A DNA stretch of 64,000 nt, taken from assembly GCA_039621445.1 (NCBI GenBank), contig CP154954.1, positions 310,001 through 374,000 on the forward strand, written 5' to 3'. The DNA comes from Euglena gracilis (lineage: Eukaryota). The notes under the pieces were generated by a model that saw only the letters and a list, made by a program, of their open reading frames with translations, had not been told where the DNA came from and searched no databases. Shown one piece after another: positions 1 through 11,226 of this stretch (the first letter of the stretch is position 1; each line of letters begins with the position of its first letter). The translations under genes and the position numbers were made by a program.

Positions 1-154
1 TAACTTTGGAAGGGCATTAAAAACTGCTAGACTTGAGTATGGTAGGGGTGAAGGGAATTTCCAGTGTAGCGGTGAAATGCGTAGAGATTGGAAAGAACAC
101 CAATGGCGAAGGCACTTTTCTAGGCCAATACTGACGCTGAGAAACGAAAGCTGA

Positions 155-186
<32 letters not shown>

Positions 187-279
187 TTGGCCGTAAACTA
201 TGGATACTAAGTGGTGCTGAAAGTGCACTGCTGTAGTTAACACGTTAAGTATCCCGCCTGGGGAGTACGCTTGCACAAG

Positions 280-360
<81 letters not shown>

Positions 361-428
361 AGGATTTGACAGGATCTAGGAGGAAGTTTGAAAGAACGCA
401 GTACCTTCGGGTATCTAGACACAGGTGG

Positions 429-493
<65 letters not shown>

Positions 494-749
494 TTTTTTA
501 ATTAACGCTTGTCATTTAGAAATACTGCTGGTTATTACCGGAGGAAGGTGAGGACGACGTCAAGTCATCATGCCCCTTATATCCTGGGCTACACACGTGC
601 TACAATGGTTAAGACAATAAGTTGCAATTTTGTGAAAATGAGCTAATCTTAAAACTTAGCCTAAGTTCGGATTGTAGGCTGAAACTCGCCTACATGAAGC
701 CGGAATCGCTAGTAATCGCCGGTCAGCTATACGGCGGTGAATACGTTCT

Positions 750-787
<38 letters not shown>

Positions 788-906
788 GGCTGTGCCCGAA
801 GTTATTATCTTGCCTGAAAAGAGGGAAATACCTAAGGCCTGGCTGGTGACTGGGGTGAAGTCGTAACAAGGTAGCCGTACTGGAAGGTGTGGCTGGAACA
901 ACTCCC
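1..906 (+). rRNA. rrs: 16S rRNA, plastid (3' part, unit 1)
   Basis: Conserved motifs GGATTAGATACCC, AAACTCAAAGGAATTGACGG, TGTACACACCGCCCGTC, AAGTCGTAACAAGGTAGCC; 5' end outside window. Confidence 0.97.
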
Positions 907-992
907 TTTAGTTTTTTAACTAAAAAAATGTATAGATTGGAAACAATGAAAAATAAAAAAAATAAGTAGGGAAACCTCTTATTTTTCCAAGA

Positions 993-1066
993 GGGCTATT
1001 AGCTCAGTTGGTTAGAGCATACCCTTGATAAGGGTAAGGTCGCTAGTTCAAGTCTAGCATGGCCCT
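993..1066 (+). tRNA. trnI: tRNA-Ile(GAU), intronless
   Basis: GGGCTATTAGCTCAG...CCCTT-GAT-AAGGG...GTTCAAG...GGCCCT cloverleaf in the 16S-23S spacer. Confidence 0.95.
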
Positions 1067-1075
1067 CTTGGTTTT

Positions 1076-1148
1076 GGGGGTATAGCTCAGTTGGTAGAGC
1101 GCTGCCTTTGCAAGGCAGATGTCAGCGGTTCGAGTCCGCTTATCTCCA
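1076..1148 (+). tRNA. trnA: tRNA-Ala(UGC), intronless
   Basis: GGGGGTATAGCTCAG...CCTT-TGC-AAGG...GTTCGAG...TCTCCA. Confidence 0.95.
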
Positions 1149-1166
1149 AAAAGGTTTTGATGTAGG

Positions 1167-3087
1167 TTCAAATGAACAAGGGCTTATGCGGGATTGCTTG
1201 GCATTTAGAGTCGAAGAAGGGCGTAGAAATTAACGATATGCTTTAGGGAGCTAAAGACGAGCTTTAATCTAAAGATTCCCGAATGGGGCAACCTATTACT
1301 TTAACATTACAATGAAATGGTATACAAATAATGTAGAGAACTTGGTGAACTGAAACATCTTAGTAGCCGAAGGAAAAGAAAGCAAAAGCGATTTTCTTAT
1401 TAGTGGCGAGCTAACGGAAATCAGCCTAAACCTTTATGGGTGTTGTGGGTATATTATAATTACTGAAAAAGATAGAGAATTTGTTGAAAACAAAATCAAA
1501 GAGGGTTTTAAATCCCGTATTTGTTTTTAAAAAGTAATTTTTGATTTTCCCGAGTAGCATAGAGCACGTGGAATTCTGTGTGAATCAGCGAGGACCATCT
1601 CGTAAGGCTAAATACTCCTAAATGACCGATAGTGTACGAGTACCGTGAGGGAAAGCTGAAATAGAACACTGAGAAGTGAGTGAAATAGAATATGAAAGCA
1701 TAAGTTTACAAGCAGTAGGAGATCTATTTAAAGATTGACTGTGTGCCTGTTGAAGAATGAGCCGGCGACTTATAGGTGATGGCAAGGTTAAGGTTTTTCC
1801 GGAGCCATAGTGAAATCGAGCTTAAATAAAGCGAAAAACTTTCTTCTTGAAAGTTTATGTCATTGCTTATAGACCCGAACCCAGGTGATCTAATCATGGT
1901 CAGGTTGAAGTTTTGGTAAAACAGAATGGAGGACCGAACCCACCAATGTTGAAAAATTGGGGGATGAACTGTGATTAGGGGAGAAATTCCAATCGAACTT
2001 GGAGCTAGCTGGATCTCTTCGAAATGCGTTGAGGCGCAGCGTTTAATTATGGTAAACATTAGGGGTAAAGCACTGTTTCGATGCGGGCTATGAAAATGGT
2101 ACCAAGTTGTGGCAAACTCTGAATACTAAGTTATATTTCAATTAATCAGTGAGACAGTGGGGGATAAGCTTCATTGTCAAGAGGGAAGCAGCCCAGATCA
2201 CTACTTAAGGCCCCTAAATAATTACTAAGTGGTAAAGGATGTACTATTACATAGACAACCAGGAGGTTGGCTTAGAAGCAGCCATTCCTTTAAAAAGTGC
2301 GTAATAGCTTACTGGTCAAGTGATAGTGCGCCGAAAATGAACGGGACTAAGTAATTTGCCGAAGGTGTGAGAGAAATCGGTAGAAGAGCGTTCTGTGTTG
2401 AAGAGAAGGAATAGTGAAAATAGTTCTGGATTAAACAGAAGTGAGAATGTCGGCTTAAGTAACGAAAACATTGGTGAGAAATCCTATGCTCCGAAAACCT
2501 AAGGTTTCCTTAGCCAGGTTCGTCCTCTAAGGGTTAGTCAGGTCCTAAAATAAGGTTTAACAACGTAAATTGATGGATGACAGGTTAATATTCCTGTACC
2601 GAATGCTCACTTGTAAGGAGTGACGAAAAAGGCTAGATCGGCCACGTGATGGTTTGTGGTTTAAGGGTTCAAGAGGTATCAAATATTAAAAAAAATATTT
2701 TGTCTTAAGGCCTGAATAGTATAAATACTACGGTATTGAAAGTGATTGATGTCATGTTTCCAAGAAAAACTTTTGTTTATGTATAGTGAGCTCGCCTGTA
2801 CCGTAAACTGACACAGGTAGGTTAGTAGAATATACTAAGGAGCGCGAGATAACTCTTTCTAAGGAACTCGGCAAAATGACTTCGTAACTTCGGAAGAAGA
2901 AGTACCTCTAATGAGGTGGCAGAAAAGAGGTCCAAGCGACTGCTTACCAAAAGCACAGGTCTCCGCGAAGTTGAAAAACCATGTATGGGGGCCGAGGCCT
3001 GCTCAGTGCAGGAAGGTTAAAGAAATTGGTTAGCGTAAGCAAAGCTAGTGACTGAAGCCCCTGTGAACAGCGGCAATAACTATAATT

Positions 3088-3140
<53 letters not shown>

Positions 3141-3628
3141 TTAACGATTTGGACACTGTCTCAGAAAGAGACTCGGTGAAATAGAATTGACTGTGAAGAT
3201 GCGGTCTACTTGCACTTGGACAGAAAGACCCTATGAAGCTTTACTGTATCCTGAAATTGGTTTCGGGCTTTTTTTGCGCAGAATAGGTGGGAGGCTATGA
3301 TCTTGTCTTTTGGGATACGGGGAGCCGAAAAATGAGATACCACTCTGAGAAAGCTAGAAATCTAATCTTAATCTTATGTACAATCATGATAATTGACAGT
3401 TTCAGGCGGGCAGTTTTACTGGGGCGGTAGCCTCCTAAAAAGTAACGGAGGCGTACAAAGGTTTTCTCAGGCTAGACGGAAATTAGTTGTGGAGTGTAAA
3501 GGCATAAGAAAGCTTGACTGTGAGACTTATAAGTCAAACAGAGACTAAAGTCGGTCTTAGTGACCCGACGGTGCTGTATGGAAAGGCCGTCGTAAACAGA
3601 TAAAAGTTACTCTAGGGATAACAGGCTG

Positions 3629-3688
<60 letters not shown>

Positions 3689-3705
3689 ACCTGGGGCGGT
3701 AGTAC

Positions 3706-3740
<35 letters not shown>

Positions 3741-4050
3741 TACGTGAGCTGGGTTCAGAACGTCGAGAGACAGTTCGGTCCATATCCGGTGTGAGCGTTA
3801 GAGTATTGAAAGGCGCTTTCCTTAGTACGAGAGGACCGGGAAGGACGCACCACTGATGTACCAGTTTTTGTGCCAACAGAATACGCTGGGTAGTCAAGTG
3901 CGGAGTGGATAACTGCTGAAAGCATATAAGTAGGAAGCCCACCTTAAGATAAGTACTCTTCATAGGTCACGGTAAGACGAACCGTTTGATAGGTATTAGG
4001 TGTACAATTGGTAACAATTTTAGCCGAGATATACTAACCGACCGAAAATT
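1167..4050 (+). rRNA. rrl: 23S rRNA (unit 1)
   Basis: GAACTGAAACATCTTAGTA, GTAGCGAAATTCCTTGTCGGG, peptidyl-transferase motifs GGATAACAGGCTGATC and GAGCTGGGTTCAGAACGTCG, sarcin-ricin loop AGTACGAGAGGAC; ends approximate. Confidence 0.95.
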
Positions 4051-4130
4051 TTTTCCTATATGAAAACAAAACATTTATTTTTACTTGTCACTTTTTTAAG
4101 ATTTAAAAGTTTCTTGAATGAACTTTTATT

Positions 4131-4247
4131 TTAGGGTGCTCTTGTCTTTATGGATCCACTTAAAACATTTCGAACTTGCAAGTTAAACATAAAGGGTAAA
4201 TAGATACTTGAAAGGTTACTTTCCGGGAAAAGATTTTAGTGCCCTTA
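4131..4247 (+). rRNA. rrf: 5S rRNA (unit 1)
   Basis: 117 nt downstream of 23S with terminal stem AGGGTGCT/AGTGCCCT and CGAAC loop. Confidence 0.88.
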
Positions 4248-4933
4248 TGGGAAGTTTAATTTATTTAATTGTCTCTTAGTGAGTTTATTTATTAATATTA
4301 ACTCGATTTTCGAGTAATTTTTATGACTGCCGTTACGTTAGTGTTTTATTGCATGGATAAATGTATTGTGGTATAATTAAACCAAGGAATTTGTCAAACC
4401 ACGTTTCCTTTAAGTTTGAATTTTTTTTGGCCAAAACATGATGCTTCCGAAAAAATAAGACAATCTGTTTATAGAAATCAGTGAATTTCGTAATATTTTT
4501 CTTTTAAAATTTTAAACGATATGAATAATATCCTCGAGTGTTTGGAAAATGACTATGTTTCTTCGCTAATATAAAAGATTAATCACAAAATTCAACAAGA
4601 TAGGTTGAATCATAGTGAGAATATTAGGTAATCTTCTGATAAGAGTTTTATTTTGTTGTACATTATAGTTATTGCTACTTTGTATTTGGTTCTTTGTGTT
4701 ATGTGTGTGCTTTTTAGTTGTAAATTTTTTGCTAGTAAGAAGCGTGTCGTTCATTGTCGATTTGGACGAATATTTATAAAATGCTACAAGAGACCAAAAT
4801 GTCTTTATACTTCTTATATTGCTGCTGAGTACCCTATATTTTGTGATATTGAAAAATATTAAGGTAAGGTTCCTAGACTTTCATACGTAAATGCTCATGC
4901 GCACAGTTTAGGTGTTATGCTTTTATCCCTGAT

Positions 4934-4958
4934 CTTGTGAATTCTTTTCATTCACAAG
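4934..4958. other. Stem-loop in the inter-operon spacer
   Basis: CTTGTGAAT-N7-ATTCACAAG perfect 9-bp inverted repeat; also present in unit 2 (~10849-10873). Confidence 0.5.
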
Positions 4959-5101
4959 AAATAACTTAGCTTAATTCCTAGTGTAAATTTTTCCGTACTT
5001 TAACGTGTGGCTGGGACAATTTTTTTATTTTTAATTAAAATACCGTATAAATTTTAAAAAATAAAAAAATCAAAAGGAAAATTTTTTATTTTTCAAAGAT
5101 C

Positions 5102-5172
5102 ACTATTATCTTTTATTATTATAGAATACCTTTGATAAGGGTAGGGTCGTGGATTGAATCCTTGTATTAGCC
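5102..5172 (+). pseudogene. pseudo-tRNA-Ile in the rRNA leader
   Basis: ATACCTTTGATAAGGGTAGGGTCG matches the trnI anticodon arm ATACCCTTGATAAGGGTAAGGTCG; D and T arms decayed. Confidence 0.8.
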
Positions 5173-5201
5173 AAATATTTCTTTTCTTTAAAATCCTAAG
5201 G

Positions 5202-5258
5202 CGTAGGTCTCCAAAACCTGATGTAGTAGGTTCGAATCCTACAAAGCGCGCTTTTAGT
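5202..5258 (+). pseudogene. pseudo-tRNA-Trp fragment in the rRNA leader
   Basis: CGTAGGTCTCCAAAACCTGATGTAGTAGGTTCGAATCCTACAAAGCGCG has one mismatch to the 3' two-thirds of the true trnW at 41038-41110; D arm absent. Confidence 0.88.
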
Positions 5259-5331
5259 GGGCACATTATAGTAAATGTGCCCCTTGCTTGGTCACCAAGA
5301 GGGTGAGAGGATTTGACCAACTTTGATGTTT

Positions 5332-6075
5332 TGGAAATGACGAGTTTGATCCTTGCTCAGGGTGAACGCTGGCGGTATGCTTAACACATGCAAGTTGAAC
5401 GAAATTACTAGCAATAGTAATTTAGTGGCGGACGGGTGAGTAATATGTAAGAATCTGCGCTTGGGTGAGGAATAACAGATGGAAACGTTTGCTAATGCCT
5501 CATAATTTACTAGATCTATGTGAGTAGCTAGTTAAAGAGAATTTCGCCTAGGCATGAGCTTGCATCTGATTAGCTTGTTGGTGAGGTAAAGGCTTACCAA
5601 GGCGACGATCAGTAGCTGATTTGAGAGGATGATCAGCCACACTGGGATTGAGAACGGAACAGACTTCTACGGAAGGCAGCAGTGAGGAATTTTCCGCAAT
5701 GGGCGCAAGCCTGACGGAGCAATACCGCGTGAAGGAAGACGGCCTTTGGGTTGTAAACTTCTTTTCTCAAAGAAGAAGAAATGACGGTATTTGAGGAATA
5801 AGCATCGGCTAATTCCGTGCCAGCAGCCGCGGTAATACGGGAGATGCGAGCGTTATCCGGAATTATTGGGCGTAAAGAGTTTGTAGGCGGTCAAGTGTGT
5901 TTAATGTTAAAAGTCAAAGCTTAACTTTGGAAGGGCATTAAAAACTGCTAGACTTGAGTATGGTAGGGGTGAAGGGAATTTCCAGTGTAGCGGTGAAATG
6001 CGTAGAGATTGGAAAGAACACCAATGGCGAAGGCACTTTTCTAGGCCAATACTGACGCTGAGAAACGAAAGCTGA

Positions 6076-6107
<32 letters not shown>

Positions 6108-6200
6108 TTGGCCGTAAACTATGGATACTAAGTGGTGCTGAAAGTGCACTGCTGTAGTTAACACGTTAAGTATCCCGCCTGGGGAGTACGCTTGCACAAG

Positions 6201-6281
<81 letters not shown>

Positions 6282-6349
6282 AGGATTTGACAGGATCTAG
6301 GAGGAAGTTTGAAAGAACGCAGTACCTTCGGGTATCTAGACACAGGTGG

Positions 6350-6414
<65 letters not shown>

Positions 6415-6670
6415 TTTTTTAATTAACGCTTGTCATTTAGAAATACTGCTGGTTATTACCGGAGGAAGGTGAGGACGACGTCAAGTCATCATGCCCCTTA
6501 TATCCTGGGCTACACACGTGCTACAATGGTTAAGACAATAAGTTGCAATTTTGTGAAAATGAGCTAATCTTAAAACTTAGCCTAAGTTCGGATTGTAGGC
6601 TGAAACTCGCCTACATGAAGCCGGAATCGCTAGTAATCGCCGGTCAGCTATACGGCGGTGAATACGTTCT

Positions 6671-6708
<38 letters not shown>

Positions 6709-6827
6709 GGCTGTGCCCGAAGTTATTATCTTGCCTGAAAAGAGGGAAATACCTAAGGCCTGGCTGGTGACTGGGGTGAAGTCGTAACAAGGTAGCCGTA
6801 CTGGAAGGTGTGGCTGGAACAACTCCC
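5332..6827 (+). rRNA. rrs: 16S rRNA, complete (unit 2)
   Basis: GAGTTTGATCCTTGCTCAG at start, GTGCCAGCAGCCGCGGTAA, 3' part identical to unit 1 at offset 5921. Confidence 0.97.
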
Positions 6828-6913
6828 TTTAGTTTTTTAACTAAAAAAATGTATAGATTGGAAACAATGAAAAATAAAAAAAATAAGTAGGGAAACCTCT
6901 TATTTTTCCAAGA

Positions 6914-6987
6914 GGGCTATTAGCTCAGTTGGTTAGAGCATACCCTTGATAAGGGTAAGGTCGCTAGTTCAAGTCTAGCATGGCCCT
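6914..6987 (+). tRNA. trnI: tRNA-Ile(GAU)
   Basis: Identical to 993-1066. Confidence 0.95.
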
Positions 6988-6996
6988 CTTGGTTTT

Positions 6997-7069
6997 GGGG
7001 GTATAGCTCAGTTGGTAGAGCGCTGCCTTTGCAAGGCAGATGTCAGCGGTTCGAGTCCGCTTATCTCCA
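6997..7069 (+). tRNA. trnA: tRNA-Ala(UGC)
   Basis: Identical to 1076-1148. Confidence 0.95.
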
Positions 7070-7087
7070 AAAAGGTTTTGATGTAGG

Positions 7088-9007
7088 TTCAAATGAACAA
7101 GGGCTTATGCGGGATTGCTTGGCATTTAGAGTCGAAGAAGGGCGTAGAAATTAACGATATGCTTTAGGGAGCTAAAGACGAGCTTTAATCTAAAGATTCC
7201 CGAATGGGGCAACCTATTACTTTAACATTACAATGAAATGGTATACAAATAATGTAGAGAACTTGGTGAACTGAAACATCTTAGTAGCCGAAGGAAAAGA
7301 AAGCAAAAGCGATTTTCTTATTAGTGGCGAGCTAACGGAAATCAGCCTAAACCTTTATGGGTGTTGTGGGTATATTATAATTACTGAAAAAGATAGAGAA
7401 TTTGTTGAAAACAAAATCAAAGAGGGTTTTAAATCCCGTATTTGTTTTTAAAAAGTAATTTTTGATTTTCCCGAGTAGCATAGAGCACGTGGAATTCTGT
7501 GTGAATCAGCGAGGACCATCTCGTAAGGCTAAATACTCCTAAATGACCGATAGTGTACGAGTACCGTGAGGGAAAGCTGAAATAGAACACTGAGAAGTGA
7601 GTGAAATAGAATATGAAAGCATAAGTTTACAAGCAGTAGGAGATCTATTTAAAGATTGACTGTGTGCCTGTTGAAGAATGAGCCGGCGACTTATAGGTGA
7701 TGGCAAGGTTAAGGTTTTTCCGGAGCCATAGTGAAATCGAGCTTAAATAAAGCGAAAAACTTTCTTCTTGAAAGTTTATGTCATTGCTTATAGACCCGAA
7801 CCCAGGTGATCTAATCATGGTCAGGTTGAAGTTTTGGTAAAACAGAATGGAGGACCGAACCCACCAATGTTGAAAAATTGGGGGATGAACTGTGATTAGG
7901 GGAGAAATTCCAATCGAACTTGGAGCTAGCTGGATCTCTTCGAAATGCGTTGAGGCGCAGCGTTTAATTATGGTAAACATTAGGGGTAAAGCACTGTTTC
8001 GATGCGGGCTATGAAAATGGTACCAAGTTGTGGCAAACTCTGAATACTAAGTTATATTTCAATTAATCAGTGAGACAGTGGGGGATAAGCTTCATTGTCA
8101 AGAGGGAAGCAGCCCAGATCACTACTTAAGGCCCCTAAATAATTACTAAGTGGTAAAGGATGTACTATTACATAGACAACCAGGAGGTTGGCTTAGAAGC
8201 AGCCATTCCTTTAAAAAGTGCGTAATAGCTTACTGGTCAAGTGATAGTGCGCCGCCAATGAACGGGACTAAGTAATTTGCCGAAGGTGTGAGAGAAATCG
8301 GTAAAAGAGCGTTCTGTGTTGAAGAGAAGGAATAGTGAAAATAGTTCTGGATTAAACAGAAGTGAGAATGTCGGCTTAAGTAACGAAAACATTGGTGAAA
8401 ATCCTATGCTCCGAAAACCTAAGGTTTCCTTAGCCAGGTTCGTCCTCTAAGGGTTAGTCAGGTCCTAAAATAAGGTTTAACAACGTAAATTGATGGATGA
8501 CAGGTTAATATTCCTGTACCGAATGCTCACTTGTAAGGAGTGACGAAAAAGGCTAGATCGGCCACGTGATGGTTTGTGGTTTAAGGGTTCAAGAGGTATC
8601 AAATATTAAAAAAAATATTTTGTCTTAAGGCCTGAATAGTATAAATACTACGGTATTGAAAGTGATTGATGTCATGTTTCCAAGAAAAACTTTTGTTTAT
8701 GTATAGTGAGCTCGCCTGTACCGTAAACTGACACAGGTAGGTTAGTAGAATATACTAAGGAGCGCGAGATAACTCTTTCTAAGGAACTCGGCAAAATGAC
8801 TTCGTAACTTCGGAAGAAGAAGTACCTCTAATGAGGTGGCAGAAAAGAGGTCCAAGCGACTGCTTACCAAAAGCACAGGTCTCCGCGAAGTTGAAAAACG
8901 ATGTATGGGGGCCGAGGCCTGCTCAGTGCAGGAAGGTTAAAGAAATTGGTTAGCGTAAGCAAAGCTAGTGACTGAAGCCCCTGTGAACAGCGGCAATAAC
9001 TATAATT

Positions 9008-9060
<53 letters not shown>

Positions 9061-9548
9061 TTAACGATTTGGACACTGTCTCAGAAAGAGACTCGGTGAA
9101 ATAGAATTGACTGTGAAGATGCGGTCTACTTGCACTTGGACAGAAAGACCCTATGAAGCTTTACTGTATCCTGAAATTGGTTTCGGGCTTTTTTTGCGCA
9201 GAATAGGTGGGAGGCTATGATCTTGTCTTTTGGGATACGGGGAGCCGAAAAATGAGATACCACTCTGAGAAAGCTAGAAATCTAATCTTAATCTTATGTA
9301 CAATCATGATAATTGACAGTTTCAGGTGGGCAGTTTTACTGGGGCGGTAGCCTCCTAAAAAGTAACGGAGGCGTACAAAGGTTTTCTCAGGCTAGACGGA
9401 AATTAGTTGTGGAGTGTAAAGGCATAAGAAAGCTTGACTGTGAGACTTATAAGTCAAACAGAGACTAAAGTCGGTCTTAGTGACCCGACGGTGCTGTATG
9501 GAAAGGCCGTCGTAAACAGATAAAAGTTACTCTAGGGATAACAGGCTG

Positions 9549-9608
<60 letters not shown>

Positions 9609-9625
9609 ACCTGGGGCGGTAGTAC

Positions 9626-9660
<35 letters not shown>

Positions 9661-9969
9661 TACGTGAGCTGGGTTCAGAACGTCGAGAGACAGTTCGGTC
9701 CATATCCGGTGTGAGCGTTAGAGTATTGAAAGGCGCTTTCCTTAGTACGAGAGGACCGGGAAGGACGCACCACTGATGTACCAGTTTTTGTGCCAACAGA
9801 ATACGCTGGGTAGTCAAGTGCGGAGTGGATAACTGCTGAAAGCATATAAGTAGGAAGCCCACCTTAAGATAAGTACTCTTCATAGGTCACGGTAAGACGA
9901 ACCGTTTGATAGGTATTAGGTGTACAATTGGTAACAATTTAGCCGAGATATACTAACCGACCGAAAATT
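7088..9969 (+). rRNA. rrl: 23S rRNA (unit 2)
   Basis: Near-identical to unit 1 23S, a few substitutions and 1-nt indels. Confidence 0.95.
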
Positions 9970-10049
9970 TTTTCCTATATGAAAACAAAACATTTATTTT
10001 TACTTGTCACTTTTTTAAGATTTAAAAGTTTCTTGAATGAACTTTTATT

Positions 10050-10162
10050 TTAGGGTGCTCTTGTATGGATCCACTTAAAACATTTCGAACTTGCAAGTTA
10101 AACATAAAGGGTAAATAGATACTTGAAAGGTTACTTTCCGGGAAAAGATTTTAGTGCCCTTA
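10050..10162 (+). rRNA. rrf: 5S rRNA (unit 2), 4-nt deletion relative to unit 1
   Basis: CTCTTGTATGGATCC versus CTCTTGTCTTTATGGATCC; otherwise the same as unit 1. Confidence 0.82.
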
Positions 10163-11002
10163 TGGGAAGTTTAATTTATTTAATTGTCTCTTAGTGAGTT
10201 TATTTATTAATATTAACTCGATTTTCGAGTAATTTTTATGACTGCCGTTACGTTAGTTTTTTATTGCATGGATAAATGTATTGTGGTATAATTAAACCAA
10301 GGAATTTGTCAAACCACGTTTCCTTTAAGTTTGAATTTTTTTTGGCCAAAACATGATGCTTCGGAAAAAATAAGACAATCTGTTTATAGAAATCAGTGAA
10401 TTTCGTAATATTTTTCTTTTAAAATTTTAAACGATATGAATAATATCCTCGAGTGTTTGGAAAATGACTATGTTTCTTCGCTAATATAAAAGATTAATCA
10501 CAAAATTCAACAAGATAGGTTGAATCATAGTGAGAATATTAGGTAATCTTCTGATAAGACTTTTATTTTGTTGTACATTATAGTTATTGCTACTTTGTAT
10601 TTGGTTCTTTGTGTTATGTGTGTGCTTTTTAGTTGTAACTATTTTGCTAGTAAGAAGCGTGTCGTTCATTGTCGATTTGGACGAATATTTATAAAATGCT
10701 ACAAGAGACCAAAATGTCTTTATACTTCTTATATTGCTGCTGAGTACCCTATATTTAAAAAAAAAAAAAAATATTAAGGTAAGGTTCCTAGACTTTCATA
10801 CGTAAATGCTCATGCGCACAGTTTAGGTGTTATGCTTTTACCCCTGATCTTGTGAATTCTTTTCATTCACAAGAAATAACTTAGCTTAATTCCTAGTGAA
10901 ATGTACTTTAATGTGTGGCTCGTACAATTTTTTTATTATTAATTAAAATACTGTATAAATTTAAAAATAAAAAAATCAAAGGAAATTTTGATTTTTCAAG
11001 AT

Positions 11003-11160
11003 CACTATATCTTTATTATTATAGAATACCTTTGATAAGGGTAGGGTCGTGGATGGAATCCCTGTATTAGCCAAATATTTCTTTTCTTTAAAATCCTAAG
11101 GCGTAGGGCTCCCAACCTTGATGTATTAGGTTCGAATCCTACAAAAGCGAGCTTTTAGTG
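11003..11160 (+). pseudogene. pseudo-trnI and pseudo-trnW of the next leader (noisy copy)
   Basis: Homologous to 5102-5258 with scattered indels. Confidence 0.7.
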
Positions 11161-11226
11161 TACACATTATAGTAAATGTGCCCCTTGCTTGGCACCAAGA
11201 GGGTGAAGGATGACCAACTTTGATGT

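Noticed and set aside
237..3963. ORFs of 60-118 aa on both strands within the 16S/23S genes (and their repeats at 6158-9883 and 18008-20246)
   Set aside because: Incidental frames in rRNA; repeated only because the rRNA is repeated.
5093..5320. 75-aa minus-strand ORF
   Set aside because: Antisense to the pseudo-tRNAs; GFEPTT is the usual translation of a reversed T-arm.
5255..5331. rRNA promoter -35/-10 boxes
   Set aside because: A TATAGT-like element exists near 5267-5272, but I cannot support a -35 box and the copies disagree upstream (GGGCAC vs GTACAC).
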